Origin: Octopus sinensis
Lineage: Eukaryota
Direction: 5' to 3'
Length of the DNA stretch: 64,000 nt
NCBI RefSeq assembly: GCF_006345805.1
Contig: NC_043003.1
Coordinates: forward strand, 53,258,001 to 53,322,000
The notes beneath the pieces were generated by a model. It worked only from the letters and a program-made list of their open reading frames with translations, searched no databases and was not told the DNA's origin. Both the position numbers and the translations under genes were made by a program. Shown piece by piece: positions 26,520-40,306 of this stretch (its first letter is position 1; each line of letters opens with the position of its first letter).

Positions 26520-26839
26520 AGCTCATTACAACTGTTTCATACGTAACCTTTTAGTAGATGCGAACATTACATCGTTATAAAAGAACGTAATCATCAGATG
26601 AGATGTAATTTTTACAAAGCAAAGAAATATCCCAAGATTAGAGCCAGGATGTGGCTAGAATCTGTCGAGGCCATTTCACAGTTGACCTCGACAGACTCTA
26701 GCCACATCCTGGCTGTATTCTTGACATAATCCTTTGCTTTGTAAAATTACTTCTCATCTGATTATTGCGGTCTTTTATAATGATGCAATGTTCTTATTTT
26801 TCTATTAAAAGATTATGTAAGAAACAGTCGTAATGAGCT
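26520..26839. repeat. Foldback palindrome (about 150-bp arms) with hammerhead motifs
   Basis: 26520-26670 is the reverse complement of 26686-26839; directly preceded by (TA)n. Confidence 0.9.
26522..26602 (-). ncRNA. Type I hammerhead ribozyme motif with long stem II (left arm of foldback)
   Basis: Minus strand: CUCAU CUGAUGA uuacgu...acguau GAAA CAGUUG UA AUGAG. The partner at 26753-26837 (+) reads CUCAU CUGAUUA...GAAA CAGUCG UA AUGAG. Confidence 0.8.
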
Positions 26840-28487
26840 GGCAATTATCCATCGTTTGTTGATATTCATTTGATTATAATACACCAAGCTAACTTTCGAC
26901 TTGTCGGATACTCTAAAGTATACCAACAACGTACTTTTCAAAGTACTTTTTTTTTTTTGCTAAAATTTCCGTTGCTTCTTGCAACCTCTTCACTAGTCGT
27001 TGACTCTGTTTTTGGATCTGCGTTCTTTTTGTTTGTTTGTTTGTTTGTTTGTGTTCATGTGTGTTCGTTAGTGTGTATGTGTATACACATATGTATGTAT
27101 GTACTATGTATGTATCTATCATTCGTCACTCTACTCCAATCCTAAGTGTTTATTAAGCACACACTCACACACACACATATACACGTATATTTATTCATAA
27201 TCTGTGCTATATTGGTGATCTCGTTCTTAATACCCAGTCGCCTTCATATCATTGTTTAAATTAAGTTCTGCTACTCACAATTTTGTTTAAATCTTCCGGA
27301 AGTAACACTGTAGTTTTTAACTTGAGCAGCTTGAAAAGCAAAAGCAAGCGATTCTTGATGAGAGTTTAAAACAAGCCGAAACTACTCCGTTCAATCCTCA
27401 TTTCAAATTTCTGAATCTTAAGCCGTTTCCTTGGTTTCTAGATTTTATGGCAAGTCGAGAAATGATTTTTCACCTTGATTTTTACCTTGAGATTCTCTCT
27501 TTCATCCTTTCTCTTTCATTCTCTTCTTTAATTATAATCAGTGAGTTTTCAGAGGAGTCTGATTTCTTACGTCATACAAAAGTGATCTGTCGCCTTTAAA
27601 AACCTTCAACTGCTCCTAAAATGAGAATCCCCACCAGAAGTTTTTCTCTATGGGGTTCCTTCTGTCACCTAAATCTCCGACAAACATGTTTTCAAATTTT
27701 ATGTCCCCTAAGGTTTGTTTAAGATTTCTTCCTTTTTTTTTTGTTTTGTATATTCATGAACACTTCGCTGTTACATCTAGCAATTCCCATAATACTATAA
27801 ATAATATATTTCCTTTCTCTCTTCCTTCTGTATATAGTTGACATTCATACGTAACCTAGACATCTCTCACCAAACTCGAATTCGGTAACGGATTTAGACT
27901 TAGTGAAACCTCTACGCTATATATCTTTAGACATCCTTTTTTTATAAAATTACACCCAAATATCTCACAAAAATTGAAAGCATATAACCTTTTAATTGTT
28001 TTAATGCCCCCACATATTGTAGGTCATAAACTTTTAGCTTAAACAGAGACCTTGATAACATTCTTCACTGGAATCAACTTAATCTCCTTTAACAGCACGA
28101 AGATATAATCACTAACATATCCAAGAAACAAAATGGTATTATATATGAATATATTGAACAAATCCCTTAAAATCGCTTCAAACTGCATTCCCCCCACTCA
28201 CAATCTCTTATGATCTTTTCTGGTGTTCTCCCATACATAACATTGGCAGAACTGTAATTCAAACACTAATATTTTTTATAGAACCTGAAAATATTTCAGC
28301 CTCGATTATCTGCTGGGTCACAAAATTCAATAAAATATAATTTTTGAGATTTTGGTGTACTATTTCAAAATTTTGGAATGTGATTGTAGACACGAGGAAA
28401 CGTCGTTGTGCACATTCAAAAGATGGTCTTCTTCGAAGTCATAAACATCATACATGAAAAAGCATAAATTAAACTTCGAAATATTGT

Positions 28488-28540
<53 letters not shown>

Positions 28541-28676
28541 AGTATTAGCATCCAGAAGACCCAAGGTGGCAGGAGCGTAGTTAAACTCTCGGTTCGATAA
28601 TAATATGAGTGAGGAGTCTAATGCGAGTCTTTTATATTGAACTCTACTATTTCCCTCTATTTAACTCTCTCATATC

Positions 28677-28724
28677 GTCTCTGATGAAGGGATATCCCTA
28701 ATATCCCAGAAACAGCTGTAAGTC
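28677..28724 (+). ncRNA. Minimal type I hammerhead ribozyme motif
   Basis: GUCU CUGAUGA a-GGGAUAU-cccua-AUAUCCC-a GAAA CAGCUG UA AGUC. The relative at 41328-41375 has AGAC, completing stem I. Confidence 0.8.
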
Positions 28725-28793
28725 TAACTTTCTCTTTATAAATGTCCTGAAAATTCCACATAGCCTTGGCTTTGTTGTTTTACTTTATTTAAC

Positions 28794-28840
<47 letters not shown>

Positions 28841-29358
28841 CATACATACATACATACATGTGTGTGTATGTATATAAATATATATGTGTGTGTGTGTGTG
28901 TGCGTGTAGTCGAATTTAAAGTTAAGGAATTAAGGTTTAGAAAGGCATTAAACACAGTAGCCAAACCTTGTTTCGGGGTAAGTCCCAGGTAGTGTGTCTG
29001 TGGAGCACCTTCACCACTTATGACTACCAGACGTCATCAAAGATAGTGTGCATTCATCGTTGGATTTACATCCAGAACTCCAGAGTGCACGTAGGAAATA
29101 TTTTAAAGATTATGATTTCACAGAGTTACATTTCGATTTCGCATCAAGGTAAATGGTGGTATTGAGAGATTCTAGCAGTTCGGATATACCCTAAGCGAAA
29201 TCGAAATGTAAATCTGTAAACTCATAAGCATATTATATCACCTGAGGAGGCTCTTTTGCACTGTGTGTTGCATCTGGTGTTATTACATCGTTGCACGCCC
29301 ACTAGGGAGCAGTGCAACTTGAACCCGAAACGATTGTTTTTTGTTACACTCCGTCTTC

Positions 29359-29405
<47 letters not shown>

Positions 29406-30789
29406 AGAGGGATGACCACTAAGTGGACACCCATATGCTAGAAGTCGAGCCCCCTATGGTCTTACCACTAAGAAAGGAATGTTCTCAAGAAAATTTAGCA
29501 AACTCCAGAACGTAAGATACAAAATATACAGATAAATCACAAGCCAATGTCGTTGTTACCACTTACGTAATCACTTAGGTAGAATGTCCGCAACTCGTCA
29601 GTGTGATCGTCATAGCAAAATATAATTTGAAGAACTATACACGGGACGTCCGCATGAGATTGAACATGTATATAGTTCTACCAATTACATTTGGGGTTAT
29701 ATTTCAAAAATCTTCGGTTTGGCGCGCCAAACTACCGGAAATAATTCTGCAGAAAATAATTCTCTGCAGTGAATTTTGCCGGTTAGAGAACATGGTTATT
29801 TAAATTTAAACTTAAAATAATAAGAGTGAACAATTAAATATTAATTTGATTAATATCAATTTAAAACCAGTGGTCTAGCATATAGACCACTTTTTCTGAG
29901 CCCTGCATTTGTGGAGATGTACACTTTTGTCGGGTATTTCAGGCAATATCTTCGTATTTTCAAGTACATTTCTAATTATCTTAGCATCAGGTCCTTTTTC
30001 AATATGTTACGTATTTTCTTCGTTGTAAGTACCTGAGATATTGTAAGTACTAGAAATGTCTTCTCGGTAAGTTAATCTACATTTAATCAAACATTTAAAT
30101 TTATATATATATATATATATATATATGATTGATTGATTGATTGATTCTAGTTTCAGCTTATGAGCTGTGGCCATGCTGGGGCACCGCCATTATATATATA
30201 TAACAATTTAATAAATAAAACATATGCATACATACATACACATACCTACATCTATATGTATATACACAACGAGAAACGAAAGCATAAAAATAAAACATGG
30301 AAACGACCTTTTTTTAACAACGAAGAAACAGAGTACAAGACATACAACACAAGAAACATTCTCCTTCTTCAGATGCCCCTGTTTCGACTTATTGCGTGTT
30401 TCGAAGGTAAGGGCAGGACACGACTTCATGGAAACAATCCTTCCCGCAAAGCAAATTTTTTTGCGGAGTGGTAAAAAAGTGACAAGAACAGGACAGTAAA
30501 AGCAATACAAATAAAGATAAAAACAGTAGAAGACAGGACAAGGAGAAACAAACGATAAGGGCCTTTTTAAGCCTAAGCGGTAGAAAAAAAAAATAAATAT
30601 ATATATATATATACAGCGGGGTGTATTATTGTTGCAAAATACTTGTTTCACGATAGTACATCTCATAATTTGTAGTTGAATCGAATTCACTCTACAGTTG
30701 ATATTATTTTGGTCAATCCACACGCGTATTTGAGACAAACTTGATCTCGGTGGAGATTGAATTCAATAACGCAGACAGCCGAAATTAGA

Positions 30790-31004
30790 TACGTTTCCTT
30801 CTGCTGAAAAAGTTCCTGGTTTTGCGTAAAAGAAAATACAGTTAATTATGATTTTATTCAACATATTCCCTTCTCAGACCCACGCTTTTATTGCAACAGT
30901 TCTTCAGTTTTTCTAAGCCCTGTAAAAGAATTCGAAATTTTGGGCCTCTAACCAAGTCTTTCGCGATACTCTAATAGTTAGGGTCTTTTCAGCGCCCCCA
31001 CGTA
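30790..31004. mobile_element. Mariner-derived MITE
   Basis: tacg...gctgaaaaagttcc and cttttcagcgcccccacgta imperfect TIRs; interior resembles a mariner 3' end. Confidence 0.5.
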
Positions 31005-34000
31005 TATCGATGACCCAGTTTCTGCGAAATGAACCACAATAACATTATAATAAAAGCAATAAAAACAACAATTTTTTTCGGAAAAATTAACATTTCTTTA
31101 TAAAGTTTAAAGCAGACAAAAATATAATAATCTGTGTATATGCCCATACTGAACAAACGCGTTTTTTATTTATGCATGTATGCGTGAACATTTTTATTAC
31201 TATGTATATGTGTGTGCTTGTGTAGAGAAAGAAATTTCTCTTTAAATGTAAAGATTTCTAGGAAAAGTGTAAAACTTTAAAAGCAACCCATTCTGTCAAG
31301 ATTTTTAGAAATGACTTTAATTCTCAGAAATGCGAAGTTCGAGTAGTTTGCATATAACGTATAGAGGAAGATTACTGTCTACTAACAAAGATACATTTAC
31401 ACACACACATGCTCATGTACAAAATTACACGCATGCATACACACACACACACACATCGTTATACAGAACCTAGAAAATATGAAATTGCATATTTTTCTAT
31501 AAATATATCAATAAATAATTTTAAAAATAAATATGAACATTTATTTTCGTTCGCACATACAAGAATATAATCATATAACATGGAAATGTATGACCAAATT
31601 GTTCGCTAATAAATTAATTACAAAAGTTACAAAATTATTTAAGCTTATAATCTTGGACATAGTAAAAGGAATTTTCACCCGAAGACTCCAAGAAAATGCC
31701 AAGCCAAATATCAATTTGGTAGGCGCTTTATGTGTTATATTAGAAACACGTCATTATTACTTGATTTGAGGACAGGAATTTTGATAAAGTTTGTTTGGGT
31801 TAAAATATTTTTACCAACATTGAGGAAGAATACTTATATTGGTTAAATAATGTTAATTTATTTTTGTTGTTTTTTCTTTAGTGTAAGAATACTGTTTACT
31901 TTGCGTAGGTATTTGGACGATGTTTTTCTTATTAAAGAGTCAGTATCATTGTACATTTTTGTCGGGTATTTCAGGCAATATCTTCGTATTTTCAAGTACA
32001 TTTCTAATTATCTTAGTATCACGTTCTTTTTCAATATGTTTACGCATTATTCTTCGTTGTAAGTACCTGAGATATTGTAAGCACTAGAAATATCTTCTCG
32101 GTAAGTTAATCTACATTTAAGCTAACATTTTATCATGTATTTCGTAATTTTTGTTTATTTAGTTCGTAAATTCTATGGGATCATTTAAATTTTCATATAA
32201 CAGATACAATAACGACTTGTAACTGTCAAAGTTTATGTTTAGAGTCATTTTCTTCGTTTTTATTATTTTTCAATAAATGTTATATCTTTACACACATTTC
32301 TTTCTTTTAACGTAATTGTTTGATTATAAATTATAATACCTTTTCATCTGTTCTATCTATAATCTTGGTTTATTTTACCACAGTAATTTTTGTAATTTTC
32401 GGTCCTTAAATATATCGATTTTTGTTCGTATTCTCTTTAAAATTCTTTAATCAAATATGTTTGAAGGGGTTATGATTTTACGAGCCTTTTTAAGTTACAC
32501 TTCCTTACAGTTTTTATCTACAACGATATTCTCTTTTCACATAATGTCAAATTTGCTGACGAGATGTGTGGAAAGTTTGTGATGTACGTGATATGTTGCA
32601 TGCAGAAATTACGTTACAAGAGTGAATGTCGATGGACTTTGGAGTTTATGAGAAGGGATCTAGGGATAGTTTGTGATTTGGAGTTACTGTAAATATACAG
32701 GTGTCGAGTTGTCAGGCGTTTGAACGCCGGACAAAATATTTTGTAACTGTAGCACCTTAAAATTCCGATTTAACTCTCGCCGAGTTCAACTTTTCGTTCT
32801 TCCCGGATCGATAAAATAAAATTCCAGTTAAGTACAGGTTTAGTTTAGTGACTGACCTGTTGTTATCCAAGCTCATTTAAGCAAGAGGCTAAGAATTCAG
32901 AACGAATCTTCTTAACGCTGCTTCTGCTTTAAAGGTGGAAGAGGATGGAGACTCCAAAGACTACAGGATTCATGTGAGGAACAACGATGCCCAAAATATT
33001 TATCTTTGAAACACATAATGATAGGAAAATGTCTCTATAATTATCGAGATTATGTGACACGTCGATCACCGTGACCGACGCATGTCAGAAGAAGAAGAAA
33101 ATATATATGCGAAAGTTCGTTATGTGTTCAAGTCAGGGCCTATAAAAGTAGGAAAGATTCAGTCGATGCATTGGCCCATGAAGCCAGAGAGGCAAGAGAG
33201 ACCTGTCACTATCTGCCGGCTCATTTCCTAAAAGAAAGAAAAGGAACTTCAGAGACCTCTTGAACTTTGAGAAGACATCTCCACAAATGCAGGGCTCGGA
33301 AACAATCTTGTTCTATCTTGCCAAATTTGTCTCTGAGGCCCTAGTTCAGGTGTAAGAACAAAACAACAAAACAATAGACTATGTTTTGTATTTCCTTATA
33401 GATTATTCAGTATGGTAAGGTAAGGCCCATGGCTTTTCTTACAGAGACTCTAAAACGACTGGAAGGGAAAAGGTGGGGGGAAAACTACAACTAGAAGGTT
33501 GCTAAGTACTTGACGTTTTCAGTAACAGTTATCACTTTCTGACCCTAACCATTTTATTATACTTAAGTTCCTGCCGGGGGGGGGGTTCGTTCGTTGTGCA
33601 AGAACTTAACTTCTCGTGGAAGTAGTGAGTTTAAAGCTTTCATAAACTTCAGCAGTAGGAATCATTATACTTTGTTAAGATGGCGAGCTGACAGAACCGC
33701 TAGCACGGGGGACAAAATGCTTAGAAACATTTCTTTCAGTTTTACGTTCTGAGCTCAAATGCCGCCGAGATCGACTTTGCCTTTCATCTTATCGGGTTCG
33801 ATAAAATAAGCACCAGTTGAGCACTAGGGTTGATATAATCGACTGCCTCCTCCCTTCAACATTGCTAACCTTGTGCTAAAAAAATTAGAAAGAAGTATAA
33901 ATCTTAATAGATTCTAAAAACCTTTAGAAGGTGCGGATTCTATATGTTTAGGGGATACAGTGAAGGCATCCAACGTGTACTTATTAGATAAGAATACTTT

Positions 34001-34820
34001 TTAAATAACGGCATTTTTTCCTACCAGCTTCCTATAATCAATATTGTTTAAAACGCCAGACGATTACTTATTTACAGGGTTTTTCACGTTAAAATGATTT
34101 TACTTTGCGTGTCCTTCATCTTAATGTAACCTAGAAGTGATTCTCTTCCCTTTGACGGTAAATTCACCAGAAGTAACCACTTGTTCAATTTTACTTTACT
34201 CGGATATTGTATGACATTCTATTATGTTGGTGGTAATGCTTAGTCTTGACCAAAGCCGTGCTATGATCAAAGAGGCGTTCCAACTCGTCTCGTTTATTTA
34301 TCTATTTTTTTATATAGTATGTCTAGGATATTATCGAATTATAAACAAGATGTAAGGAGATGTGATTTGTGAGAAATTTAGTAAGCAGGTTAGGCGACCG
34401 TATAGAGGTTGTTCATGGTATTTTATGTTAAAGCATTTAAATGATAACTTCCTTATTTGAAGATTATGAATAAAGATACGGCCGATTTCTTTTTAATATG
34501 CTTATAACGTTATTAACTTCTGCTGTACATATATATTGAAAATATACTTAATATTATTTTAAGAATGATTATCTATATTTGTCTAATGGCGATAAATTTA
34601 AACATCTTTTTAACATAGGCAAGAGAACCCGTGTTTAGCGGGAGTGGTGGGGGTGGGCATATAGTCGATAATATTGAAGTCAGTTATTCAACCGTGCATA
34701 TTTAATCGACCTAGACGAGATTCGAAATCAGCACGTTAAAAGACACAGCCAACTAAATACCGTAATAAAAACAGCATCAAATATATACTGAACATCAGTT
34801 TTAAAATAAAATTGTCTATA

Positions 34821-35132
34821 CAGGTACAACACCGAATTTCCGGACACTGGCGATCCGAAACTGCTAATAATCCGCACTAATTTACTTACAGGAACTTCAA
34901 ACACCCGTGGTCGCCAGACGAGATTACTGGGGCCTTGGACAGTACAGTATTAATAAACGTGTATAATTTATACGAATGTACAGGTACCTGCATTTTATTT
35001 ACTTATTTAAGTATATTTAATATTTAATTTAGAGTGTGACGACCAAAGTGATTCCCCCCTCCTTGGCTCGGAAAAATCTGTAAACCGGAAAGGCTTTGGA
35101 ACCAAATGTTCCGGAGATCGATTTCGTACCTG
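34821..35132. mobile_element. pogo/Tigger-like MITE
   Basis: ta-caggtac...tccgga and tccgga...gtacctg-ta imperfect TIRs with TA duplication. Confidence 0.6.
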
Positions 35133-35422
35133 TATCTGAAACGGAATCGTTTTATCAGATAGAAAAAAATATATATAACAATCAGTAAAACACTCAATAA
35201 AACATAAAACAAGTTTTACAAAATATAAAGAACAGTTAAGAATTTGATTGCAGAAAATAACTTCGTGAAAATGTCCATTCAATTTCTCAAGACGTTCTTT
35301 TTGTTCTTAACAATATCCAAGGCTTTTCTTTCGAATTAGGTCTTAGATATTGCTATACTGATTATTTTAAGCGTAGTCCAGCAGTAGCATTAAATAGTTT
35401 ATTGTATATGTATACCGAAGTG

Positions 35423-35559
35423 TCAGACTGAAATTTCATTTTTCGAAGAGTAAAGCTGGCTCTTATTTCTCATTGATAGACGACGTAACACCTTGCCACG
35501 GCGGATTTCACAGACCAAATTATCCACAATTTTACGATCTTCTTGCTTGGGAAGGAAGA
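35423..35559 (-). CDS. INF2: INF2-like formin terminal coding exon with WH2/DAD motif
   Basis: Strong acceptor tttctattttag|TC+FLPKQEDRKIVDNLVCEIRRGKVLRRLSMRNKSQLYSSKNEISV*; IVDNLVCEIRRGKVLRR resembles the INF2 WH2/DAD (VIDALLADIRKGFQLRK). Confidence 0.88.
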
Positions 35560-37414
35560 CTAAAATAGAAAACAAAGAAATGAGAAATTAGTAAGTTCTC
35601 AATAACAGTAAAATGTTGGGGTTTTTTTTTAAGAGATACAGAGGTTTTACGGGAATGAAAGATGTAATAACCGTTCGTTTTTTGTCCGTTTTTCCGTGGT
35701 AGCAAGCGTTAGATGAAAGTATTACCTGCTTTTCATTTAAGGGATGTCTTGCTCCACACGTCTTCGAAAGGCAGATGACGAATCGTACACAAGCGAAATT
35801 ATACCCACTTGACCCACTGTAGCAGAGTAATGTTCGGAGAAGATACACCCACACACACAAACACGCACTCACACACTACAGGTTCTTTCAGTATCCATCT
35901 ACTAACTCCACTCCCAAGATATTGGTCACCTTGAGGTTGCAGAGGAAGACACTTACCCAAAGTGTAATGCCTGGAACTGAATCCGAAACCGCCTGGTTAG
36001 GAAGTGAACTTCTTAACCAGATAGCTATGTCACCGTTTATCTCCCCCCCGCCACCACCACCTATGTTGAGCGTGTTTTGAATGCTTGTGACATATTGATG
36101 ATATCATAAATTTCCCTTTTTGCTGGTTTCTGCTGCCTGCAGATTTCTCCCAGAAAAAGAATAATTACTTATTTCTATAGAGACTGACGGTTTTTCTGGG
36201 CTTTCTGTGAAGTTGGATGTTCCTTTACCTGAATGAATGCTCTTTATATATTATCAGTAATTGGCATCAAAAGATCATTTGTTTTTTTTCGAAACTTTGT
36301 TATCAAGTCTACTCGTCGATTTCTTTTGTATTGTTCTTTTCGTCTTACCTGTCACTATTTATCGGGTTCTCTAACTTCCGTTGTTTTTGTTTGGTACCTT
36401 TCTAATTTCACTTCATCCATCGAGATGGCTGAACCACTGGGGAATCGGAGAAACGCTTTCATGGTCGATAAAGTGAAGTAGCAAGCAAATACAGAGGTCC
36501 ATGGTATCAACTAACCTCATTCCTTCAAAATTGTGGCCTTGTACCAAGATCAGAAGCAAGTATCATCATCATCGTTGTTGTTGTTAAAGTAGGCGAGCTG
36601 GCAGAAACGTTAGCACGCCGGGCGAAATGCTTAGCGGTATTTCGTCTGCCACTACGTTCTGAGTTCAAATTCCGCCGAGGTCGACTTTGCCTTTCATCCT
36701 TTCGGGGTCGATTAAGTAAGTACTAGTTACGCACTAGGGTCGATGTAATCGACTTAATCCGTTTGTCTGTACTTGTTTGTCCCCGCTATATTTAGCCCCT
36801 TGTGGGTAATAAAGAAACAGGTGTTTCGTCTGCCGCTACGTTCTGAGTTCAAATTCCGCCAAGGTCGACTTTGCCTTTCATCCTTTCGAGGTCGATTAAA
36901 TAAGTACCAGTTACGCACTAGGGTCGATGTAATCGACTTAATCCGTTTGTCTGTCCTTGTTTGTCCTCTCTGTGTTTAGCCCCTTGTGGGTAGTAAAGAA
37001 ATGGGTATTTCGTCTGCTGTTACGTTCCGAGTTCAAATTCCGCTGATGTCGTGCTCCAATTCTTCCTGTTTCAAATTTTAAGTATTTGTTTTTTTTCTCC
37101 TTTTTTTTTACGATCCTGGAAACAAATGGGCATGAGGAATCGATAAGTAAGCAACTTCGCTTTTCCTTATCTACAATCGTTATGTCTGGTCTATTATTTT
37201 CTTAATTTCTTGTCTGTTTGAATAGGAAAGTCCCACAAAATCTTACATTTCTCTTATTAAGCTGGCAGAATCATTAGCTGTTGGCATTTTTTCTGACTTC
37301 CTACGAGCTGAAAAGAATTACGGTTATTTTAACACATCAGCCATGGCCAGTAACATATCTACACCATGTACACCTACGTCTGTCATACATTCTATATTAT
37401 TGTAAATACACTAC

Positions 37415-37496
37415 CTTTTCTCCTCTCAGCCAACTGTGGTTGATTTTGAAGTCTTTGCTCCATCTTTTTGGCTTGCTCCACTCTGTTGACATTCTC
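37415..37496 (-). CDS. INF2: INF2-like formin exon (post-FH2 helix)
   Basis: ttttatag|ENVNRVEQAKKMEQRLQNQPQLAERRK+G|gtagtg, 82 nt; the donor is weak but the phase matches the next exon. Confidence 0.8.
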
Positions 37497-38599
37497 CTAT
37501 AAAAAGAAAAAAAGCTTCATCATTAAGTATTTGATTTATTTCAGAAATATTTCTTATCAAGAAATACTCCAAAGGTTTGTCTAACATTAGAGAATATTTT
37601 GGTGACATTAAGGAAATTTATTTAATACTGTATCTGATTTTCTTAATTCTCTGGTCAAGTATATGAATAGAAAAATGTCAGCTAACCAAAGAGTTTATAA
37701 TTACTTTAATATCATTGATACATGCTATGTTCAAGTAATGGTCAATATTTCATTAGCTTAGGGCTTTGCGTTCTAAGTTCAAATTCCGCCACGGTTGACT
37801 TTATCTTTCATCCTTTTGGGGTCGATAAAATAAGCACCAGCTGAGCACTGGGGTCGATATAATCGACTTACCCCATCCCCTGAAATCGCTGGTTTTGTAC
37901 CAAAATTTGAATGCAATATTTTGTTAGCTTGCGAGAACGACTGATCTCAAATCCTCTTATACCTTCAAGACAACCCTATATACACTACAAAAATATAAAA
38001 TGTTCACTTTACTCTCCTGGTTAATGATCAACCACATCCTGAATATATATTTTTAATTAGTTATTTTTATTACGTGTTTAAGTCATAACAAATATACAAC
38101 TTATGTCTCTATTCACAAAATTACAATAGTAAGAAACTTCAAAGCAATAATCATTATTATTATTACAAGATAATAATATTGTTTATAGATACAATATTAA
38201 TATTTTAACATCACTTATTAGAACAGTAACTCAGCACCTTTGTCTTGTAGCTAATTTTTACAAAGGACATATGATGAACTATACAAAACCATGGTGCTAA
38301 GAAATATACTAATATTTGTGTAATTAAAACTTCATTTTTGATCATTTTAAAAATATCACGATATTCATAATATCTATGAGTGTATAAAAAACTACTAACA
38401 AAAAATTGAAAGCAAAGTTTTCAGCATAATTTTCAATGATACTAAAATAACTAAACATGAGAAACTTTCTTTAAAAACAGTTTCCTTCGTTAGATACAAA
38501 GTAAACTTTACTTGAATCATCTTAATATATTTCTGGTATATTATTAATATGTTCAATCTTTCGGACTATTAATCTTGTACATATAGTATATAGTATATG

Positions 38600-38633
<34 letters not shown>

Positions 38634-38749
38634 ATATATATATAAACTGAAAATACGAGATTAACACTCCAAAAGATTTATGTATGAATGTATGTATATA
38701 TCCATAAGTCAAAGAATATGCACTCATATATTTATTAATAGAGTGGCTG

Positions 38750-39038
38750 TATTAATCTAAGTGTACAATATTATATATCTATTACAGTCGATCTTACAAT
38801 TCGGTTTCACGCTAGGGGTTCAACGGAATATTAGGTAACCGCCTAATTATGTAACCCTGCACTAGTTAGAAATGGCAGTTATGGAATGAAATATGGCAAT
38901 TATTCCATAACTGCCATCTCTGAAGAGCGCAGGTTTACATAGTTGGGTTGTAACCTAATACTCTGTTGAACCTCTAGCGCAAAACCGATTTGTAAGATCG
39001 GCTGCAATGGATATATAAAACTGTACACTCCGATTAAT
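38750..39038. repeat. Foldback palindrome (about 140-bp arms) with hammerhead motifs
   Basis: Arms meet at atggcagttatggaat...attccataactgccat near 38895; followed by (TG)n. Confidence 0.9.
38916..38998 (+). ncRNA. Degenerate type I hammerhead motif with long stem II (right arm of foldback)
   Basis: AUCU CUGAAGA GCGC...GCGC aAAA CCGAUUUG UA AGAU. The inverted partner (38791-38873, -) keeps GAAA but has CUAACUA; the consensus of the two arms is canonical. Confidence 0.65.
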
Positions 39039-39189
39039 GTGTGTGTGTGTGGTGTGTGTGTGTGTGTATTCAACTGATGCTTATTTTATCGACTCTGATA
39101 GAATGAAAGTTGAAGTCAACCTCGGGTGAATTTGAACTCAAAACCTAAACTCGGACTAAATGCCCTTAGGCATTTCTCCAGGCATTATA

Positions 39190-40057
39190 TATATATATGC
39201 AGACGACATCAAGCTGTACCTTGAAATCAAGAGGACAGATCCTGATGTCTACAACTCTTTCCTGCAATCGGACCTAGACACAATGCAGCAATGGATCACA
39301 GACTGGCAACTGAAACTGGCTGTGGACAAGTGTACCACCATGCATTTTGGGAGAAAAAACCCTGCGTCCACATACTCCCTCCACAACACTGATATCAAGA
39401 AATCCTCTTGCGAGCGTGACCTAGGCATCACTGTCAGCAGTGATTTGCGTTGGACAAAGCATATCTCTAAAATTGTCAAGAAGGCCGAGGGTGTGTTGGC
39501 ATCATTCAGCAAGACTTTTGTTAGCCGCTCTCCAGCCATCTATTTAAAACTGGATACAGCTATGGTACGACCACACTTGGAATTCGCATCATCAGTTTGG
39601 AACCCCTATCTTGCTCAGAACATTGACCTCGTGGAATCTGTCCAGAGACGTGCAACCAAACGCATACCCTCCATCAGACACCTACCATATTCTGAGCACC
39701 TTGTTTCCCTGGGCATGGATTCACTGAAGCTCCGGCGTCTGGCGACGGACTTGGTAAACACCCACAAAGTTATCAACCACCTCACCAACAACAACACTGA
39801 ACACCTTTTTGATCTCCATGTGTCTAACACACGTGGACATGCCTACAAAGTCAGAAAACAACACAGCTCCCATGACTTTCGGAAACATTTTTTCACGCTC
39901 AGAGTTGCTGAAGCATGGAATAAACTGCCTGCGTCAGTTGTTGACTGCCATGACACTGCATCCTTTAAGGCCCTCATGCTTTCCGAAATCCGCCGAAACT
40001 ACACCTGATTATATATACACTTTAGATGAGTTGTAGTGCACCTGAGCACTGTACACA

Positions 40058-40085
<28 letters not shown>
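39190..40085 (+). mobile_element. 5'-truncated CR1-like LINE (RT C-terminus, 3' UTR, (TTA)n tail)
   Basis: Open frame YADDIKLY...ERDLGI...VRPHLEFASSVWNP...VQRRATK...FFTLRVAEAWNKLP. Shorter 3' pieces at 52990-53300 (+), 54065-54260 (+) and 50500-50610 (-). Confidence 0.92.
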
Positions 40086-40101
<16 letters not shown>

Positions 40102-40110
40102 TATATATTC

Positions 40111-40306
40111 TTTTTATTAAAGCTGCAAAATTATCACAAGAATGTTACTCAGAGTTTCACGTTCTCATTCGTTGGACAGTTGTTGTAAATACTGAATTAA
40201 AATCGTGATTTTAATTTTTAATTCAGTATCTACTACAACTCTCCGACGAACGGAACGTGAAACTCTGAGTAACAATCCTGTGATAATTTTGCAGCTTTAA
40301 TAAAAA
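40111..40306. repeat. Foldback palindrome (about 90-bp arms) with hammerhead motifs
   Basis: tttttattaaagctgcaaaattatcaca...tgtgataattttgcagctttaataaaaa; follows (TA)n. Confidence 0.9.
40239..40275 (+). ncRNA. Degenerate minimal hammerhead motif (right arm of foldback)
   Basis: CCGACGA ACG-gaa-CGU GAAA CUC-U-GAG UA ACA. The partner at 40143-40178 (-) reads UGU CCAACGA...GAAA CUCUGAG UA ACA. Confidence 0.6.

Noticed and set aside
30270-30480. CUGAAGA and GAAA words on the minus strand of a repeat
   Set aside because: Order and pairing do not give a hammerhead fold I can draw.
31850-32062. RRYLDDVFLI (RT-like YxDD, +) and YNDTDS (PolB-like, -) motifs
   Set aside because: Single short motifs in AT-rich DNA with no convincing flanking domains; a Penelope RT relic is possible but needs tblastn support.
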